A stretch of DNA of 64,000 nucleotides, from contig LSRY02000011.1 in NCBI GenBank assembly GCA_001643675.2, positions 1,736,001-1,800,000 on the forward strand, written 5' to 3'. Under the pieces are notes generated by a model. That model worked only from the letters and a program-made list of their open reading frames with translations. It was not told the DNA's origin and ran no database searches. The position numbers and the translations under genes are program-made. Source of the DNA: Monocercomonoides exilis PA203. Its lineage: Eukaryota; Protista; Preaxostyla. Each line of letters opens with the position of its first letter. Position 1 is the stretch's first letter. This document shows positions 20,954-35,326 of this stretch, one piece after another.

Positions 20954-22555
20954 TTGTACAAACTGCACGTCGAAATGAAATGATTTAACACAAAATTCTG
21001 TTTTTTCCTGTGAAAAATAAAAATTCATGAAGAATTTTGGAAAAAAATATTCAACCAAAAATACTTTTTTTGTCAATAAAATATGTGCAAAACATTTAAC
21101 TTTTTGTGTTTTGTTCCACTCAATTCTTTCAATAATTTTTTTCAAAAAATTTCCATATTTTTTTATATGAAAATGAAAGACTAATCATAAAATGATTGCA
21201 GAAAATGTTCAGGACAAAATGAAGCTATTTTCATTTATACAACAAATTTGCTCCATATTAATAATTTTATTGTTTGCATCGATAAAGAATACAGAACAAA
21301 ATTTTGAACTTCTAGAATTTTCATAAAAAATAAACACAATTAAGATTTAATATTTGTGGTGAAAAAACATAATAAAAATTGGTTCATATATTGAAATACG
21401 TTTGAGGTCATAAAACATCATGCTATTTCATCAACGACACATTAGGGCAGATTTGAAAATATAATTTATTTTCCTATCTGAGAAAATTTTGTTAGATGAT
21501 GAGTTCAACAGTTTTTCAGGGATTTTTGCGAAAAAAAAAAAAAAAGCTTGAAAGTCTGCATTCTCACACACATAATCACAATCGGATTCAATTACTGATT
21601 GTTTTGCAAATCTTGATGAGGGTAAGTCTGGTTTGAAGTTCATTGAACTTGAATTGTCACATAAATTTTAACAGTTTCTCATTTAAGAGAAAGATTAACA
21701 AAAGTTTAATAAACTCACCACATAACTGTTTTCTTTAGTTTCTATGGAAAAAATGCTATATTCATGCTTTCAAATCATTTTGTCTAAATTGCTTGTTGGA
21801 AAAAAATGGAAAGGTTAATATTTCAAACAATATCGGACAAAGCAAAACGCTTCAGGAAATTTCTCTGAAAAAATGTTTTTTCAAATGAACGAACATTTTT
21901 TTACTAAAAAAAAAGAAAAAAAGGAAAAAATTTAGCAAATTCATATTAAATGAGTTATCAAACATAACTTTGTTTTATCAAAGATGACAACATTTTAAAC
22001 TTAAAAATCTTGTTATTTTGATTTTGTTGATAGTTTAATAAAGTTTTTGCTCAAAGATAAATTTGTTAATCATTTAAATTCCCTGCCATTGTTTGTATTA
22101 TTATCCTATCGTCATTCACATAATGCATGAATAATTTCTTTTTGAAATATTTCAGCATTTTCACAAAGGATGAAAAATTTTCAATGAAAGCGTTTGGCTT
22201 AAATATTACAAAACTTTTTGCAAAAAAAATTTATATTTCCCACGCGAATTCAAAAATTGTTGGAAAGTTTTTTTGAATTTTCATTTTGATTGATGCAACT
22301 AACAATTTATGAAATCGTAAAATATTGATTTTTCAACTGGTGAAAAAAATTATTTATATCCTTATTATGCGTCTATGTGCAAATATAAAAAAATCTATTT
22401 CTTATCTGACATTGACTATATTGATATCATTAACTGCTTTTTCTTTTAGTGTTTTATGAGATAATTAACGGTTCAATATAAAATATGAAATAGATCAAAA
22501 TTGTTTGAGAGAAATTCCCTGAAATATCAATATATAATTTCACTTCACAACTACT

Positions 22556-25500
22556 ATGGAAGCACTTTCAATTAGTTTGTTTTAGAGAAATAATTAAAAT
22601 TACAATTATTTTGTTTTTTACCATTTGTTATACAAAATGAAAATTTTTTTATTTTTAACATCAAGACCTTTCTTTTGGAGAACTTACAGGGAAAGTATAT
22701 CAAAAAGCATCTATTGGATTTAATTTATTAGATTTGGAAGGAGAAGTTTGCTTTTCTTTTTGAACTTATCAGAATTTTGAAATTTGGATTTCATTTTGTT
22801 ATTCTTCAGACACCAGCAGCATCATCAGTTACAGTCGAAGAACAACAGCGACTTTTTTTCAGCTATGATGAAACTTTAGGAAAATTTGCAATTGATGAAG
22901 TTTATAATCAATTTTATCTTTTTTTTAAATTTTATTTTTTATTTATACCTTTTAATTTTTTACAGAATTTCATAAATTCTCTTGCCTTTGCTTCCCTCTC
23001 TCTTTGCTTGTACGAATTTGTTGAAATTCCAATTGCCAAGAAAGGTTTGCATAAAAATACTTCAAAAACCAAAATTTCCAATTTTTCATTTTATATTTTT
23101 TTAGTGCCAGAAAGAAAAACAGGAAAAGAAACTTCAACTTCTGCAGGTCAGCCACACCCTCCTCCACAAGTGGAAATTCAAAAAAAACTTGTTGGAACTG
23201 CAGAGTTTTTTCTTCGTGACTTCATTTTAAATCCCAATTTAACAACAATTCATCATCCTAGGTTTGAAGTTTTGACGTAAATTTTAAATTTCACGTGAAT
23301 TATATGTATATTTTGTTAATTTGTTTATGTTAAAAGACTTCAATTTCAACTTGTTACGCAAAATGAGACAGCAAAACAGACCACAGGCAGTAAAGACACA
23401 AAAAAAGGAGGTGATTCAACAACGGCAGCACAAAACGCAGTAATGCCTGCATTGTCTGTATCGCTGACATTGTCTTCCCCACTTTCCTCAATAATGAGAT
23501 TTGCACCTCACTGCCGTTCATTGTCTGTTTCACTACTTGGAGTGTGCTCTCTTCCTCCATCTTGGGAAAGACAGGCACAAATTTCTGCTGTATATCCATC
23601 ATCATCATCATCATCATCATCATCTTCTGCACTTGCACAAGCAAACGATCCATTTTCCTCACAGCCGTGCTCATTCAACGTGGCTGTTGGGATGCCATTT
23701 CTGCGTCAAACTGCGCTGACTTCTTCGTCTTTCAAGGAACCTCACTTCTCAACACAAGATTCTGACCCCTCCAACAAACGTCCCAAATCAGCTGTGTCGC
23801 GATATGCTCATTCGCCACAGCAGAAGGAGAGGGGAAGCGACGACGAGGATGAACCGGGGATGTTGGAGGACGAAGACGAGCAGGATGAGGCAGAGCGGCT
23901 GCAGCTGGCGAAGATGAAGAAGAGGAAGAGCGAAGAGATTCCACTCAGCCAGCAGCAGAAAGAAGAGGCAGTGTTGGATGCGATGTTTGAGTACGACCAG
24001 GAATATCTCGCAGAAGTGGAGAAGGAAGACGAAGACACACAGAACACACCTTCTCCAATGCCTGCACTTGTTGTGCCATTCGGAAAAATCGCAGCCCCTC
24101 CAGCTGCATCGCCTGCCTTCCGCCCGCCAGACGTTTCACTCACATCCACTTTGAAGAGCGCTCTTTTATCTTCTGCCGAAACAACCAAGCCACGCCTCTG
24201 CTTCCCCACTCCTCTTTCGTCTGCGCTTGTCACATTCAATGCAGAAGAAGAAGGGTCATCCACAGCCTCATCGACCATCCCGTCTCCATCAATCACTCCT
24301 TCAGTCACTCCAGGCGCTGTCGGCTCAGCAGCTGGCACAGGCACACTCAACTCCTCTCCAATCAACGATCCTTCAATACCACAACCACTTTATGCTTCAT
24401 CATCATCATCATCTTCTTCTTCGACGAATGTTCCGTTGACTCCAGATGACTCACTCGGTGCTGCCCGCAGCATTCTCGACGGCCAACCAGTTCATCCAAA
24501 TCCTCACCCGCTTTCCTCCTTCAAATGCACATCGCAACCGCTTCTCACCCAATTCACGTCACTTCCTCCTCCTTCCACAGGCACCTTCTCCACACCACTC
24601 TCCTTCTGCCTCAACGCCATGAACAACCCGTGGATCATCGCCAGGAACACATCTGTGACAGCCACTGCAGACATCACAAAGACCCAGCCACACACAAAAG
24701 AGACAGGCAAAGACACCAAAAAGAGTTCAGATGCCTCTTCTTCTTCTTCTTCTGCAGGAGACCCAACGCAGCCTCCAGCACCCCATCTGCTGCCTGGCGC
24801 TGCTCTTCCGCCTGCCTTTTCGGCTGATCCTGTTCGCCATCCTCTTCTCGATGCCTCGTCTTATCCTGATCTGTCTGCTGCCACTTCGATATCCCCTCAG
24901 CACACACTTCCCTCTCTCCTCTCTTCTTCCTCTTCTCCTTCTGTTCCGTCTCCTCCGCCTCAGTTTGTTGGCATCAGCAGCACTTCTGCTCAGGAGCTGG
25001 ATGTGTCTGCACAGGAGATTCTCACTCTTCCTCCATCATTCTCATCTGACACTGCTGATCTCTCCCTCACCCGCCCTTCTGTCTATCAGCGCCTGCTCTT
25101 CCCGTCTTCTGTCCACCGGCTCTACCACGCTGCTCTCAAAGGACTCGACGAAGCAGGAAACAATCTTCCCCTTCAGACGCCGTGTGCAATCAGCAGAGAC
25201 ACCGAACATCCTCTTTCGCTCGTCGAAGGCAAAGGAAGGCTGCCAAATGTGCCTCCACATTGCCTGCCTCTCATTCTGGAGAGAGTGACTCCAGAACAAC
25301 AACAACAACAATCATCATCATCATCATCATCATCTTCTTCTTCTTCAGCTGAGCCATCGCAGGCTGAGAAATCACCATCTTCATTTGGCTTTGGTGCAAT
25401 TCCGTTGTCTGAATTGGCATCGCCTGGCTGCACTTCTGTTGTGCTGCGTGTGCCAATTGTGGAGTTGTATGCCCCACAGCCAGCGGAAGCACAGTATGAT

Positions 25501-28500
25501 GTGTCTGTCAGCCAGTCAGTCAGCATCGAAGGCAGAGAAGGCGCAAAGGGAGCGAAAGGAGGAGAGAAGGAGAAAGGGAAAGGAGGGGCGCAGACTGCAG
25601 TTGCTGTGATAGACGACAAATTGGACGGACCCTCTCCCTTCACAAAGGCACAGACATACGCAATTGTCGTCATTTCGCTGTCTGCCCCGCTTGTTGCACC
25701 GAATCCAGTCATCAGACAGACTATTATGAGCATCCGAGAACTCGACCCTCCAATCACTGCCTCTGTCTATGCAGTCGGAGGAGGACTACCTCCTTCTTCC
25801 TCTTCCTCTTCTGCTTCTTCTGCTTTATCTGGAGATGGTCTTGCTCTGATGCCTCGATCATCTTCAGATGCAGCAGACGAAGCCAACTTCAATGTGCTCA
25901 GCAATTCTCTTTTGACTGCCCTCAAAAAGCGACTGGAAGAACCAACATCGCCTTTTGCAGCGACATTTTCGATTATTCCTTCCTCAGCATCATCTTCTTC
26001 TTCTGATGAACATCGTCCTCGTTCTCCTCCTCCCTCGTTTTCTGCATCGATAAAGACGATCCTGTCAGCCATCATCGATGCTGCTGATGAAGTTGCTCGA
26101 AAGGGAAGAGAAGAGAATGCCAAAGAGAAGAGATACGACGATATCAGAAAACCGCTCAGTGCAGGTGTTAGTGGGCGGCCTCTGTCTGGCAGCAAAAGAG
26201 GATCCACAAGCAATGCTAACACGAATGCCAGTGGAGGAGGAACAGGAGTTGGAGGAGAAGGGCAGGCGAGTGATGTGTCCTTCGTGCTGAGTGCAGGCGA
26301 CATGGCGAAGATAAAAGCGCAGCTGAGTCAGAGTGGGCTGTCTGCTGTGATGAAGGAGTCGCTCGGGCAGGCGATTCTGAAGGAGATCAAAGAGGAGCTG
26401 GAGAAGGAGAAGCAGGAGAAGAGCAAGGACAACCGGAAGGGCGAGCACAAAGGCAGCGACGGACAGAACTCGCCGTGGACGACGCCTCGCTCCCCATCTT
26501 CGTCGCAGGCAGGCTTTGCATCGCAGAAGCAGACATCCAAATCACAATACTCGCCAACCTCCTTCCGCTCGAATTCGCTTTCGTCGCCGCTTTCACTCAC
26601 GCTGCAGACAGCGTCTGGTTTGTATGACGCGTCCCTCTCATCTGCACACACCCTGCTTTCTGCCCTCTTTTCGCACCCTCCCCTTCCAGAAGCATTGCAC
26701 TCACAGCAGGAGACGCTGAGTGATGGGCATTTAGACGCATCTGTGAGAGAAGCAGAGGCCAACCAGGACATGCGGTCGTGCCGTGCAGCGTGGGGAGAGA
26801 AGAAGCGGAGGATGGAGAAGAAGATCAGAGAGGTGGTGTCGAAGATGAAGGAGGAAGAGGCGTTTGAGAAGGATCCGCTGTGGGGGTGGCTGAGGGAAGA
26901 CATAAAAAGAAGGAAGGAGAACGAGGAGATTGCTGCGAATGAGAGAGAGAGAGTGAAGGAGGAAGAGGCAAGAAGAGAGCAGCGTGGGCAGATTGGAGGA
27001 GCACAGAACATGAAGAGGCAGAAGAGGGACTCTCCAACACCAGCTCACTCCCGTTCCAGCTCCATTGCCAATTCAGGGAGTGCTGTTCAGCTCACAGCCA
27101 ACCCGTCTTCTGCTGGCTTGCCCACCACAAAGCCTCCATCACGCCCAGTTTCAGCGAAGCGCAGGCAGATGCATCAAATCAGAGAGCAGGAGAATGAGAG
27201 GCAGCAAAGCAGCTCACCTTCGTCTAAACCGCATTCACGGGAGATAACAGAGATGCTGAGTTCGATCGATCCGCAGGTGTTTCATACGTTTGGGGTGATC
27301 TCAGCGATGATGGGAGAGTATTACGATGCGCAGATTGCCTTCTCTGATGCCATTCTGGTCATTTTGTGGAAGGAGGCCATGGAGAAAGGGACAAAACCAG
27401 GCGAAGGAGAGTCTCCAATCCTCTCCTTCCTTCCCTCTTCGTTCAAAGAGGCATCGGCGCTGCCTCCGCTTTTCTTCACGTCGCTTTTGGCGCTCGGCGC
27501 CACCACCGAGTCGATTGTTCCTGGCTCATTGGATGGCAGGCTGCTCCTTCTGCTGGCCATCCATCTGCTGACACCTTCGAAGAATGACTCAGCTTCTCTT
27601 CTGTCTACCCAGCCAGCCAATCAGCATCCTCTCCCGTGGATTCTGCTGGGAGTCAATCTGCTCAATGCCCAGCTTCCTTCGCTGTCGAAACAGGCCTTCT
27701 CAAAAGCACATTCAATTGCAGCTGCAGTTTATCCAAAGTTTTCACAGCGGAATGCTAAACAATCAGCAATTACAACATGTGCTTCTCCTTCTTCCGCACA
27801 GGAGGTTGTATTTCCTTCTTCTCTTTCTCTCAAAATCCTCGCAGATGTATTCAATTCATCGTCTCCATCAGTTACACTTCCGCCCTCTCCCTTCCCGCTC
27901 ATTGCTCCGCCATGCTCCTCCTCCTTCTTCTCGTGTGTCCCTCTCTTTGCCTACTCCCCCTCCACTCTCCTCTTCACCCCTTCTTCTCTCCTCTTCGACT
28001 CTGCCTACTTCCTCCTCTGCCACTGCGGCACACTCAACCTCGCCTGCAGCCTCTTCTTCCAGGACATCGCCCAATACACCCTTCCTCAAATCCCGTCTTC
28101 CTACCCTCCTCTTCCCACCCTTGCTCCACAATATCCTGTTGTCTCTGCATCTTCCCCTTCTTCTTCCCTCCCACTCATCCTCCAAACATCCCCTGCCCGG
28201 TCTCTCCTTTGCATCGCTCGAATGAACCTTATCCGTTCTGATGTGACACCCTCCATCTTCTTCTCTTCTACTGCTGAGAAAGTCGATCGTCTGCTTTCTT
28301 CTTCGCCAAGCTTCCTCTCTTTTCTTCTGTTTACAATTCCGTCTTCTGCTGACATTTGGCGCTGGATGGGACATTACTTCTATTATCAGGTGTGCAAATA
28401 GCAGCATTTTTATTCCTTTCAAAAAAGCAGATTAAAATTGAATTTCCAATCATTTTTCATTTACATTTCATTCACAATTTCTTTATTTGAATTTTAATTA

Positions 28501-29837
28501 TTCACATTCTCATTTCCATTCTATTTTCATTCGTTCATTCATTTTCTATTGTCAAACCACACAAAATTTGTATTATTTCTCTCAGGATCGCTATGAAGAG
28601 TGTCTCCAGTGCTATCTGTCTGCCATGTCTTTGCCTGCCACTCCCACCAACATGCAGCGCTATTCGTCGTCTGATCCCATGTCTCTGACTTATGCTTCAG
28701 CCGACGCCTCCCTCTTCCTCCGCTTGGGCTACGTGTTCATGACACGCTTCTCCTTTTCTCTGTCTTTCCAGTCATTTCTGCGCTCTGCCCTCGTTGCCAA
28801 CACCGCTGCAGCATTTCTTGGGGCAGGCGTAGCAGCACTGCGTATTCTGATCAAGGCGATGTCTCAATCGCCCATCCTATCTGGCTCATCATCATCATCC
28901 TCTTCTTCTTCTTCTTCTCAAAACGGCCAATCATCCAATGGCTCTTCACTGGCAAAGACAGACCCAGTTGCAGATGCTGCGAAGGCTGCAGAGTCGATGC
29001 AATCTCTTCTGACAATCACTGAACTCTGTCTGTCTTCGTCCAACCTGCTCAATCCATACAACGCTGATGACTGGGGCTATCTCACTGTGCTCTGCCTCCT
29101 CTCAGCGCAGATAGAGACAGCTGCAGACACAACGACATCAGGTGGGATGAAAGAGATGCAGAAGGCGAAAGCAGCACAGAAGGAGGACAACACGCGCGAG
29201 GACGAGGCGCGTTTCTGCTTCGACATGGCGCTGAAATGCAATCTGAGCAACACACCTCTTCTTGGCGAGATCTCATCGAACTTCCTCACCCACTCTCAGC
29301 TGCGCCTGGCAGAGAAGGCGTGTCTGCGGGGCATCCGCATCGGAGAAGAAGCGAAGATTGTGTGGATGGAGCAGCAGATGCAGCAGCGGATGAGCGAAGG
29401 CGCAGGTGGCGGAGGAGGAGTCGAAGGAGAAGACCTGTCAAATGAACAGCAGCTCGATTTTGCAGCGCTGGCAGCAGCTGCCCCGGGGTCTGTGCCTGTT
29501 TCTGTGCTCACACTGCCCCGGCTGCACAGACTGTATGGGGACATTCTTGCAGCGAAGTCAGACTGGGAGACAGCCATTGGAGAATACAGGGCAGTTGTTG
29601 AGGCACTCACGTCTGCTGTTGGAAATGATGATGTCTCAGAAAGAAATCACTCACTGCAGCAAATGGGTTTGTGTTGATGTTTATTTATTTTAAAAAATAT
29701 TTTTTTATTTCTTTTTTAAAATGTGTTTCTTTTCTTTTTATTTATGAACAGCTCATTGTCTTTTGCAGATTGGACGAACTGTTGAAGCAAAGCAGATTAT
29801 GGCGATTTTTGAGCCTGTTAACGAAGCAGAAGCATAA
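22556..29837 (+). CDS. CFAP70: Cilia- and flagella-associated protein 70 (TTC18)-like TPR protein, multi-exon
   Basis: C-terminal TPR segments IWRWMGHYFYYQ|DRYEECLQCY, FLRLG, AFLGAGVA and SNLLNPYNADDWGYLTVLCL..EARFCFDMALKCNL resemble CFAP70. Also KAQLSQSG..MKESLGQAI and REAEAN. The 5' exon structure is approximate; stop TAA at 29835-29837. Confidence 0.72.
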
Positions 29838-30047
29838 TTTATTTTTGTTATTTCATTTCTCTATTTTATTTTACATACGCATCTCACATACACAATTGTT
29901 AATGTCTATATAAAAATACAGAATAAAACGAACTTTTGTGTTTTAAGTGGAGAAAGTGAAGTGAAACAGAGCAAATGTGTTTTTAAAAAAAGATGTGTTT
30001 ATGTGAAGTGAATGCAAATGTTTATAATACTCCTTCTCATTCTGTTC

Positions 30048-33000
30048 TCATCTCCTTTTGTGTCTGATTGGCCCAAGTTCCGGTTTCCGTGGAAGATGAA
30101 GCGGCGCAATGCCTCTTCTCTCTCTCATTGAATTAATCTTCTCCTCTCTTTTGTTTCTCTCGTCTCTCTTGCTTTTCTTCTTCCCACCCAGAAAGTCTTT
30201 TCCTTTCCTTCCTGATTCGCCTTCATCCTCACTTTCATCGTCTGAATCAACAGTAAACTCAGTTTCTTTGATGTTTGCAAAGTAGTCATCCTCTTTTTCG
30301 CTCTTCTTCTTCTCCTTTTTCTCTTTCGGAGCGGTTGCTGTGCCTTTCAGCCAAGGAAGATCTGTTCGTGTCTTCTTCAGTCGCTCTTCTTTCGTTGACC
30401 TTCCGTTGTCTGCTCCCCTCACACGCTTCCTCCACAATTGCTCTTTCCCTCCCTTTTGCAGCATATCATCATCATCATCCTCTTCTTCTTCCTCATCCTC
30501 TTCTTTCGCAGAGTGCTTCTTCTGCTTCAAGCTCTTTGCCTTCAGTCTTTCTTCGAGTGTCATTTTCTTCTCTCTTCGAAGGGCAGACGACAGCTGCGAG
30601 CGATCAGGCACAGCAGAAGCGAGTGTGTCCTGCAGAAAGAGCTGATGCCCACTCATCATCACAACATCATCGTCATCATCACGTTTCTTGCCTGCTTTTT
30701 TTTGCTTTTTCTTTTCTTCCTTTTTCTTGCTTCCAGATGATGATGGCTGTTCATTATCCATCTTGTCATTCTCTTCTTCATCTTCTTCATCGTTTGTTAT
30801 TTCCTCTATTGCCTCGATTTCCCATCCAGCATCACTATCCTCTTCTTCATCGGCTTCCTCTGCCTCTTCTTCTAATTCATCTGAATCAATATCTCGCATA
30901 TCATCGCTATCCATTTCATCTTCGTCTTCACCCAATGGGCTCACATCAAGTTCATCCTCGTCTTCTTGATCGATTTCTTCCTCTTCATCCAGCTCCTCCT
31001 CTTCTTCATCTTCATCCTCATCCTCATCGTCTTTTCCCTCTTCCTCCTCATCTTCTTCAAGCTTCATTCTTTTTGAGCTCAATGCAGAGTCCTTCAACTT
31101 CTTTATTTTCGTTCCAAGCTTCGCATATTCTTCATTGGATTCGTTGATCTGAAAACGAGGATCCGAAAAAATGGCGCTGAAACGATCGTCTGAAAGAAGA
31201 GAAACTGCGCTTTTTTTGTCTTTCTTTGACGACAAATCATATTCATCGCTGTTTGCATCGTCGTCGTCTTCCTCTTCTTCGCTTTCATCATCATCGCCTC
31301 GCCCTTTCTTCAACTCTTTCTCTTTCTTCAACTTTCTCTTCTTCTCCTTCTCTCTTTCCTTTTGCAACAGCCTCTCCATTTCTTTCTCCTTCTCCATTTT
31401 CAACTGTTCCTCAAAATTCTCGTTCACTTTGCGTATTTTGTGTACTTTGGATATTCTCGAATCGACCTCGCCTGCCCTCCTCTTTGCGCGCTCTTCTTCC
31501 ATCTCGTTCCATTCTGGTGTCTCCATCTTCTGTGCAGCCAGCGCTGCTTTCTCTTTCTCTTCTGCCCGCGCAATCTGCGAATATAACGACGGAGACACAA
31601 AAAAGCCGTTGAGATATGGCCGGAGCAACGGAGAAGACAGCAGCGCAGAAAAACCGAGTCTTATTAGCTCGTCGCGTGTGATGAATCGGAAATCAGAAAA
31701 TGACGATGCTGAAGAAGCTGAAAGTGATGCAGTATTTGCATTAGCACCAGAAGGAGCAACACCAGAAGTGAGAGAAGTCAAACCGACTGTTTCAGCCTCA
31801 AGATCTCTCAGCTGCACCGTTTCGTCGTCTTCGCTGCGCTTTGCTGTTGCAAACACACTCTTCTCGCCAGACCCAAAAAGAGCAGCTGCCTGCGTCGCCC
31901 CCACCACATCCACATGATAGCACCAGGACGGAGCCATCCCCAGCACAGGGGCATAATGAACACCCACATTCTGAAAGCGCCCTGCAACAAACACAATCCC
32001 GTCTCCATCGCGCACACAGCACGAGGTTGCATCGTCTGGTGGCTCTATTGTTCCGATAGACGTTGCTCCCTGCTGAGGAGACCACAAACGCACGGCTGAT
32101 GAATCAACAGAAATAACTACAGTTTCACGAGACAGCGCAGAAGATGAAGAAAAGTCGCCTTTGGAAGATGAGAATGGTGAAGTGGAGCCATAAAATGAAG
32201 AAGGTCGAGATGCTGAGGATGGGAAAGAACCATTGTGGAACTTAATGTCCGTAACTGGATTTCCAGTAAAATGATCCTTTTCTAAATAAGGTGATGCAGC
32301 TCTCAGATCATACAACAAAATCTTTCCATCTCCTGTTCCTGCAGCAAGAGTAAATCCATCGTGACTAAAACGTAACGAATGCACTCCTTTTCTGCCTTCT
32401 CCAACAGAAATCACAGAAGCAGGTCGTCTTGTGCGAACATCAAAAGCAACAATAGCTCCTGTATCACCTCCAACAACAACAAGCGGATGAACTGGTGAGC
32501 TCTTAACACAATTTGCAGAAGTTAAAAATGGCTCCACGGTAAGTGGTTCCAAAAATCTTCCTTGTGACAAATTTAATCTATACACATCTGTTGAATTTGA
32601 CGCAACCATAAGATCGCATGTGTATGACAAATAAAGCATGTCTCGTGGAGTTCGAGGAACACGCAATTTGAAGAAATAACCTCCTTGATTATGCATCTCT
32701 ATTGTTCTATCAATTTCAGCAATGGCTATTTTCGAAAAATCTTCTGAAAGAATCTGAAAATAAAATTCAATGTGAATTGAAAAAATATGAAAAGATGAAA
32801 ATATATCGAGCTAAAATTGTAACCTGAAATTGGACTATATCAGAGTTTATTCTTCTTTCAAATTTCAATGACATTTGAGCAAGGTCATAACAACGAATAA
32901 CAGGTGGATAACCGCCTTTATTCATTCAAAATTTGAGCAAAATGAACAAAAGTTAAATTTATATAGGTATAACAATATCATTGCACATATAAGTATAAAC

Positions 33001-33187
33001 AAGTTCAAACCTGAAGCTACAATAAATCGTCCATCTCGAGAGTATTTCACGTGATTTGTGGAAACAGCAAATTTCAGGTCCTGAATAAGCTCTACTCCGC
33101 TATCTACAAAAGTATTGAACTCAGGATAATTAATAAAAAGATATCCATACTAGTTCCAGCTGTTAAGTTGAACACCTTTGACGCCAT
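30048..33187 (-). CDS. NOL10: Nucleolar protein 10 / Enp2 (WD40 + NUC153)
   Basis: Spliced 5' exons give VELIQDLKF, YPPVIRCYDLAQMSLKFER and ILSEDFSKI. The main ORF has VYRLNLSQGRFLEP, LGMAPSWC, LLRPYLNGFF and DDRFSAIFSDPRFQI. Confidence 0.93.
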
Positions 33188-33320
33188 AACGACTTTTATT
33201 CTGGAATGATCTTTTGTTCGTTATTAAGGTTGAGCGCACCAACATAAAATAAAAAAGATCAAAAATTAAAACAAAACTAGAAAAATTCATATTTTACACT
33301 ACAGTTGTAAATTGAGCTCG
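33188..33320. promoter_or_regulatory. Putative compact bidirectional promoter
   Basis: Only 133 bp separate the divergent ATGs at 33187 (-) and 33321 (+). Confidence 0.5.
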
Positions 33321-35318
33321 ATGGATGACGGGCATTTAATAAAACGTTTAGAAGATATTAATCAATCGTTAGAATCACTTGGATATCCTCCGATTGCAAT
33401 CCATGACGATTTGTCTTTATCAACGCAGCAAGCTTTGGATACTCTTGAACAGTTAACTACTGTTGTTAGAGATAAAAGAAGATCAGCAAACATTGCGTTG
33501 CCACGCCTTTCTGCTGATTTGGCGAACCGTGAAATACAATTTGTTTGTAAAATATATATTGTGTATACTTATCATTTCACTTTCAGGCTGCTCTTGACAA
33601 GGATGAAAAGGCATCATTAGAAGAAGCACGATATTTTGAAACTTTGAAACTGTATGCATTATCATTTATATTTCATTTATAACTTTAACAAAGTGAAAAA
33701 GAAAAGGAGCATAGCAATTATATGCAGCAATCACGAATCGAAATAGAAATGGGAATGAAACAACTACAAGAATTAATACAAAAAGAAACATACCAAAAAT
33801 CAATGATAAAGCAGTTCCAAGAGGATGCACAAAAGATTAGACAATTGGCGCAAGAAGCAAAAAATTCGAGAGCGAAACGTTTGATTATTTTTTTAAAAAA
33901 TTTCCTTATTGAAAAGCATAAAATTATATTAGCAAGCATTACAATGAATGGATTTTTGGCGCCAAGCGAAATGCAGATGAAAAAAGTAAAGGTGGAAGTC
34001 GAAGGAGCAGGCAATACCGATGCGTCTCTTCTTTATTCTATTACTCGTTCAATAACAGATACAATTGCACATCTTGAAGAAGAAAACAGAAGTCTGCTAT
34101 TTTTCCTTTTTTCTTCTGAAATCCTCTTTTATTTCTCCATCTTCGTATCAGTATTGTCGTTGATGAGCGAAGCTGCAAGTGCGGCATGTGAAGCCGAGCT
34201 GAGAAATGTTGGACTACTTGGAGGTGAAATGGTGAAGACAATCAAAGCATTTGAAGACGAAGACAAGCAAATGGCAGAGAAAGAAAGAAAGATGATGGAA
34301 TTGGAACGGTCTCAGCGTGTCGATATTAAAGCAGAAAGAATAAAAGCGAATCAAAAGAAAAAAGAGGAGTCAAAGAAGTTGCAACGCGATGAAATGTGGC
34401 AGTCTTTTATTAAAGAGAAGCAGCAAAAGGCAAAAGAATTGTTGAATGATGATCAACAAAAAGACCAAAGGTTTTCAATTTGGTTTATTCAAAAAAGAAA
34501 TATAAAATTCTTTTATTATGACAAAATGTTCAGTGTTGTTCGACAGGATCTTCTTGACACGTGCGATGCGATAACTGCTGAAGTAACAAGTGTGATGGCC
34601 AAAGTGGAAGAAGCAGAGAAAGACGAAGATAGGATTTTGCAGAAAATTTCTGAACAGCAGTTTGCAAAAATAAAACAATACAATGAAATTTCAGTGGAAA
34701 GCTCCAAAATGATCGATGATAATAAATTTATTGAAGATGAAATGGAAGATACAGACAATGAAGAAGCAGAAAATGAAAAGCACCAAAAGTTGATGGAACA
34801 GTTGCAGAATGTGCTTTTTGACCAACAGCTGTTATTACAAAGATCCATTCAATTCAAACAAAAATCGCAAGAGGACAAAACACCCTCTCTTTCCCCTTCT
34901 GTTATTGCTTTGAAGGAAGAGTTTGAAAATTACCATTTTATTTTTTTTAAAAAACATCATTGATATTTTCTTTTTCTATTCTTTTCTTTTTTCCCAGAAT
35001 TATGGAAGAAGCTTTAGAAAATTCAATTGCTGAAATGCAGAAAATGGTTTCTTCGGAAATGCAACAATTTATGGATCAACTCCAGCAGTTTCATGAAACA
35101 AAAATACTTTTTCAAGAACAGAGAGAATTTGAAAAAGAGCAAAGAGAAGCAGAATTTATTGAAAACAGCGATAAATTGAGAAATGAAGTTGGGGATGTAT
35201 CTTGAAATATCAAATCATCGCATTTTAATTAACATTTTTCAACTCATTTCAAATGCATTCACTAACTATATAGTGGGTTGGTGGATCGAAACAGAAAATA
35301 AAATCTCAGAGTCTGTAA
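33321..35318 (+). CDS. Multi-exon coiled-coil protein; N-terminus weakly reminiscent of the SSX2IP/ADIP/Msd1 family
   Basis: EDINQSLESLGYPPI followed by long E/K/Q-rich heptad exons separated by AT-rich GT-AG introns. The family call is tentative and the stop (TAA 35316-35318) depends on the phase of the last intron. Confidence 0.6.
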
Positions 35319-35326
35319 AGACTTGA

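Noticed and set aside
20960-22550. Possible small spliced gene in the AT-rich interval
   Set aside because: Could not assemble a phase-consistent model or find any motif.
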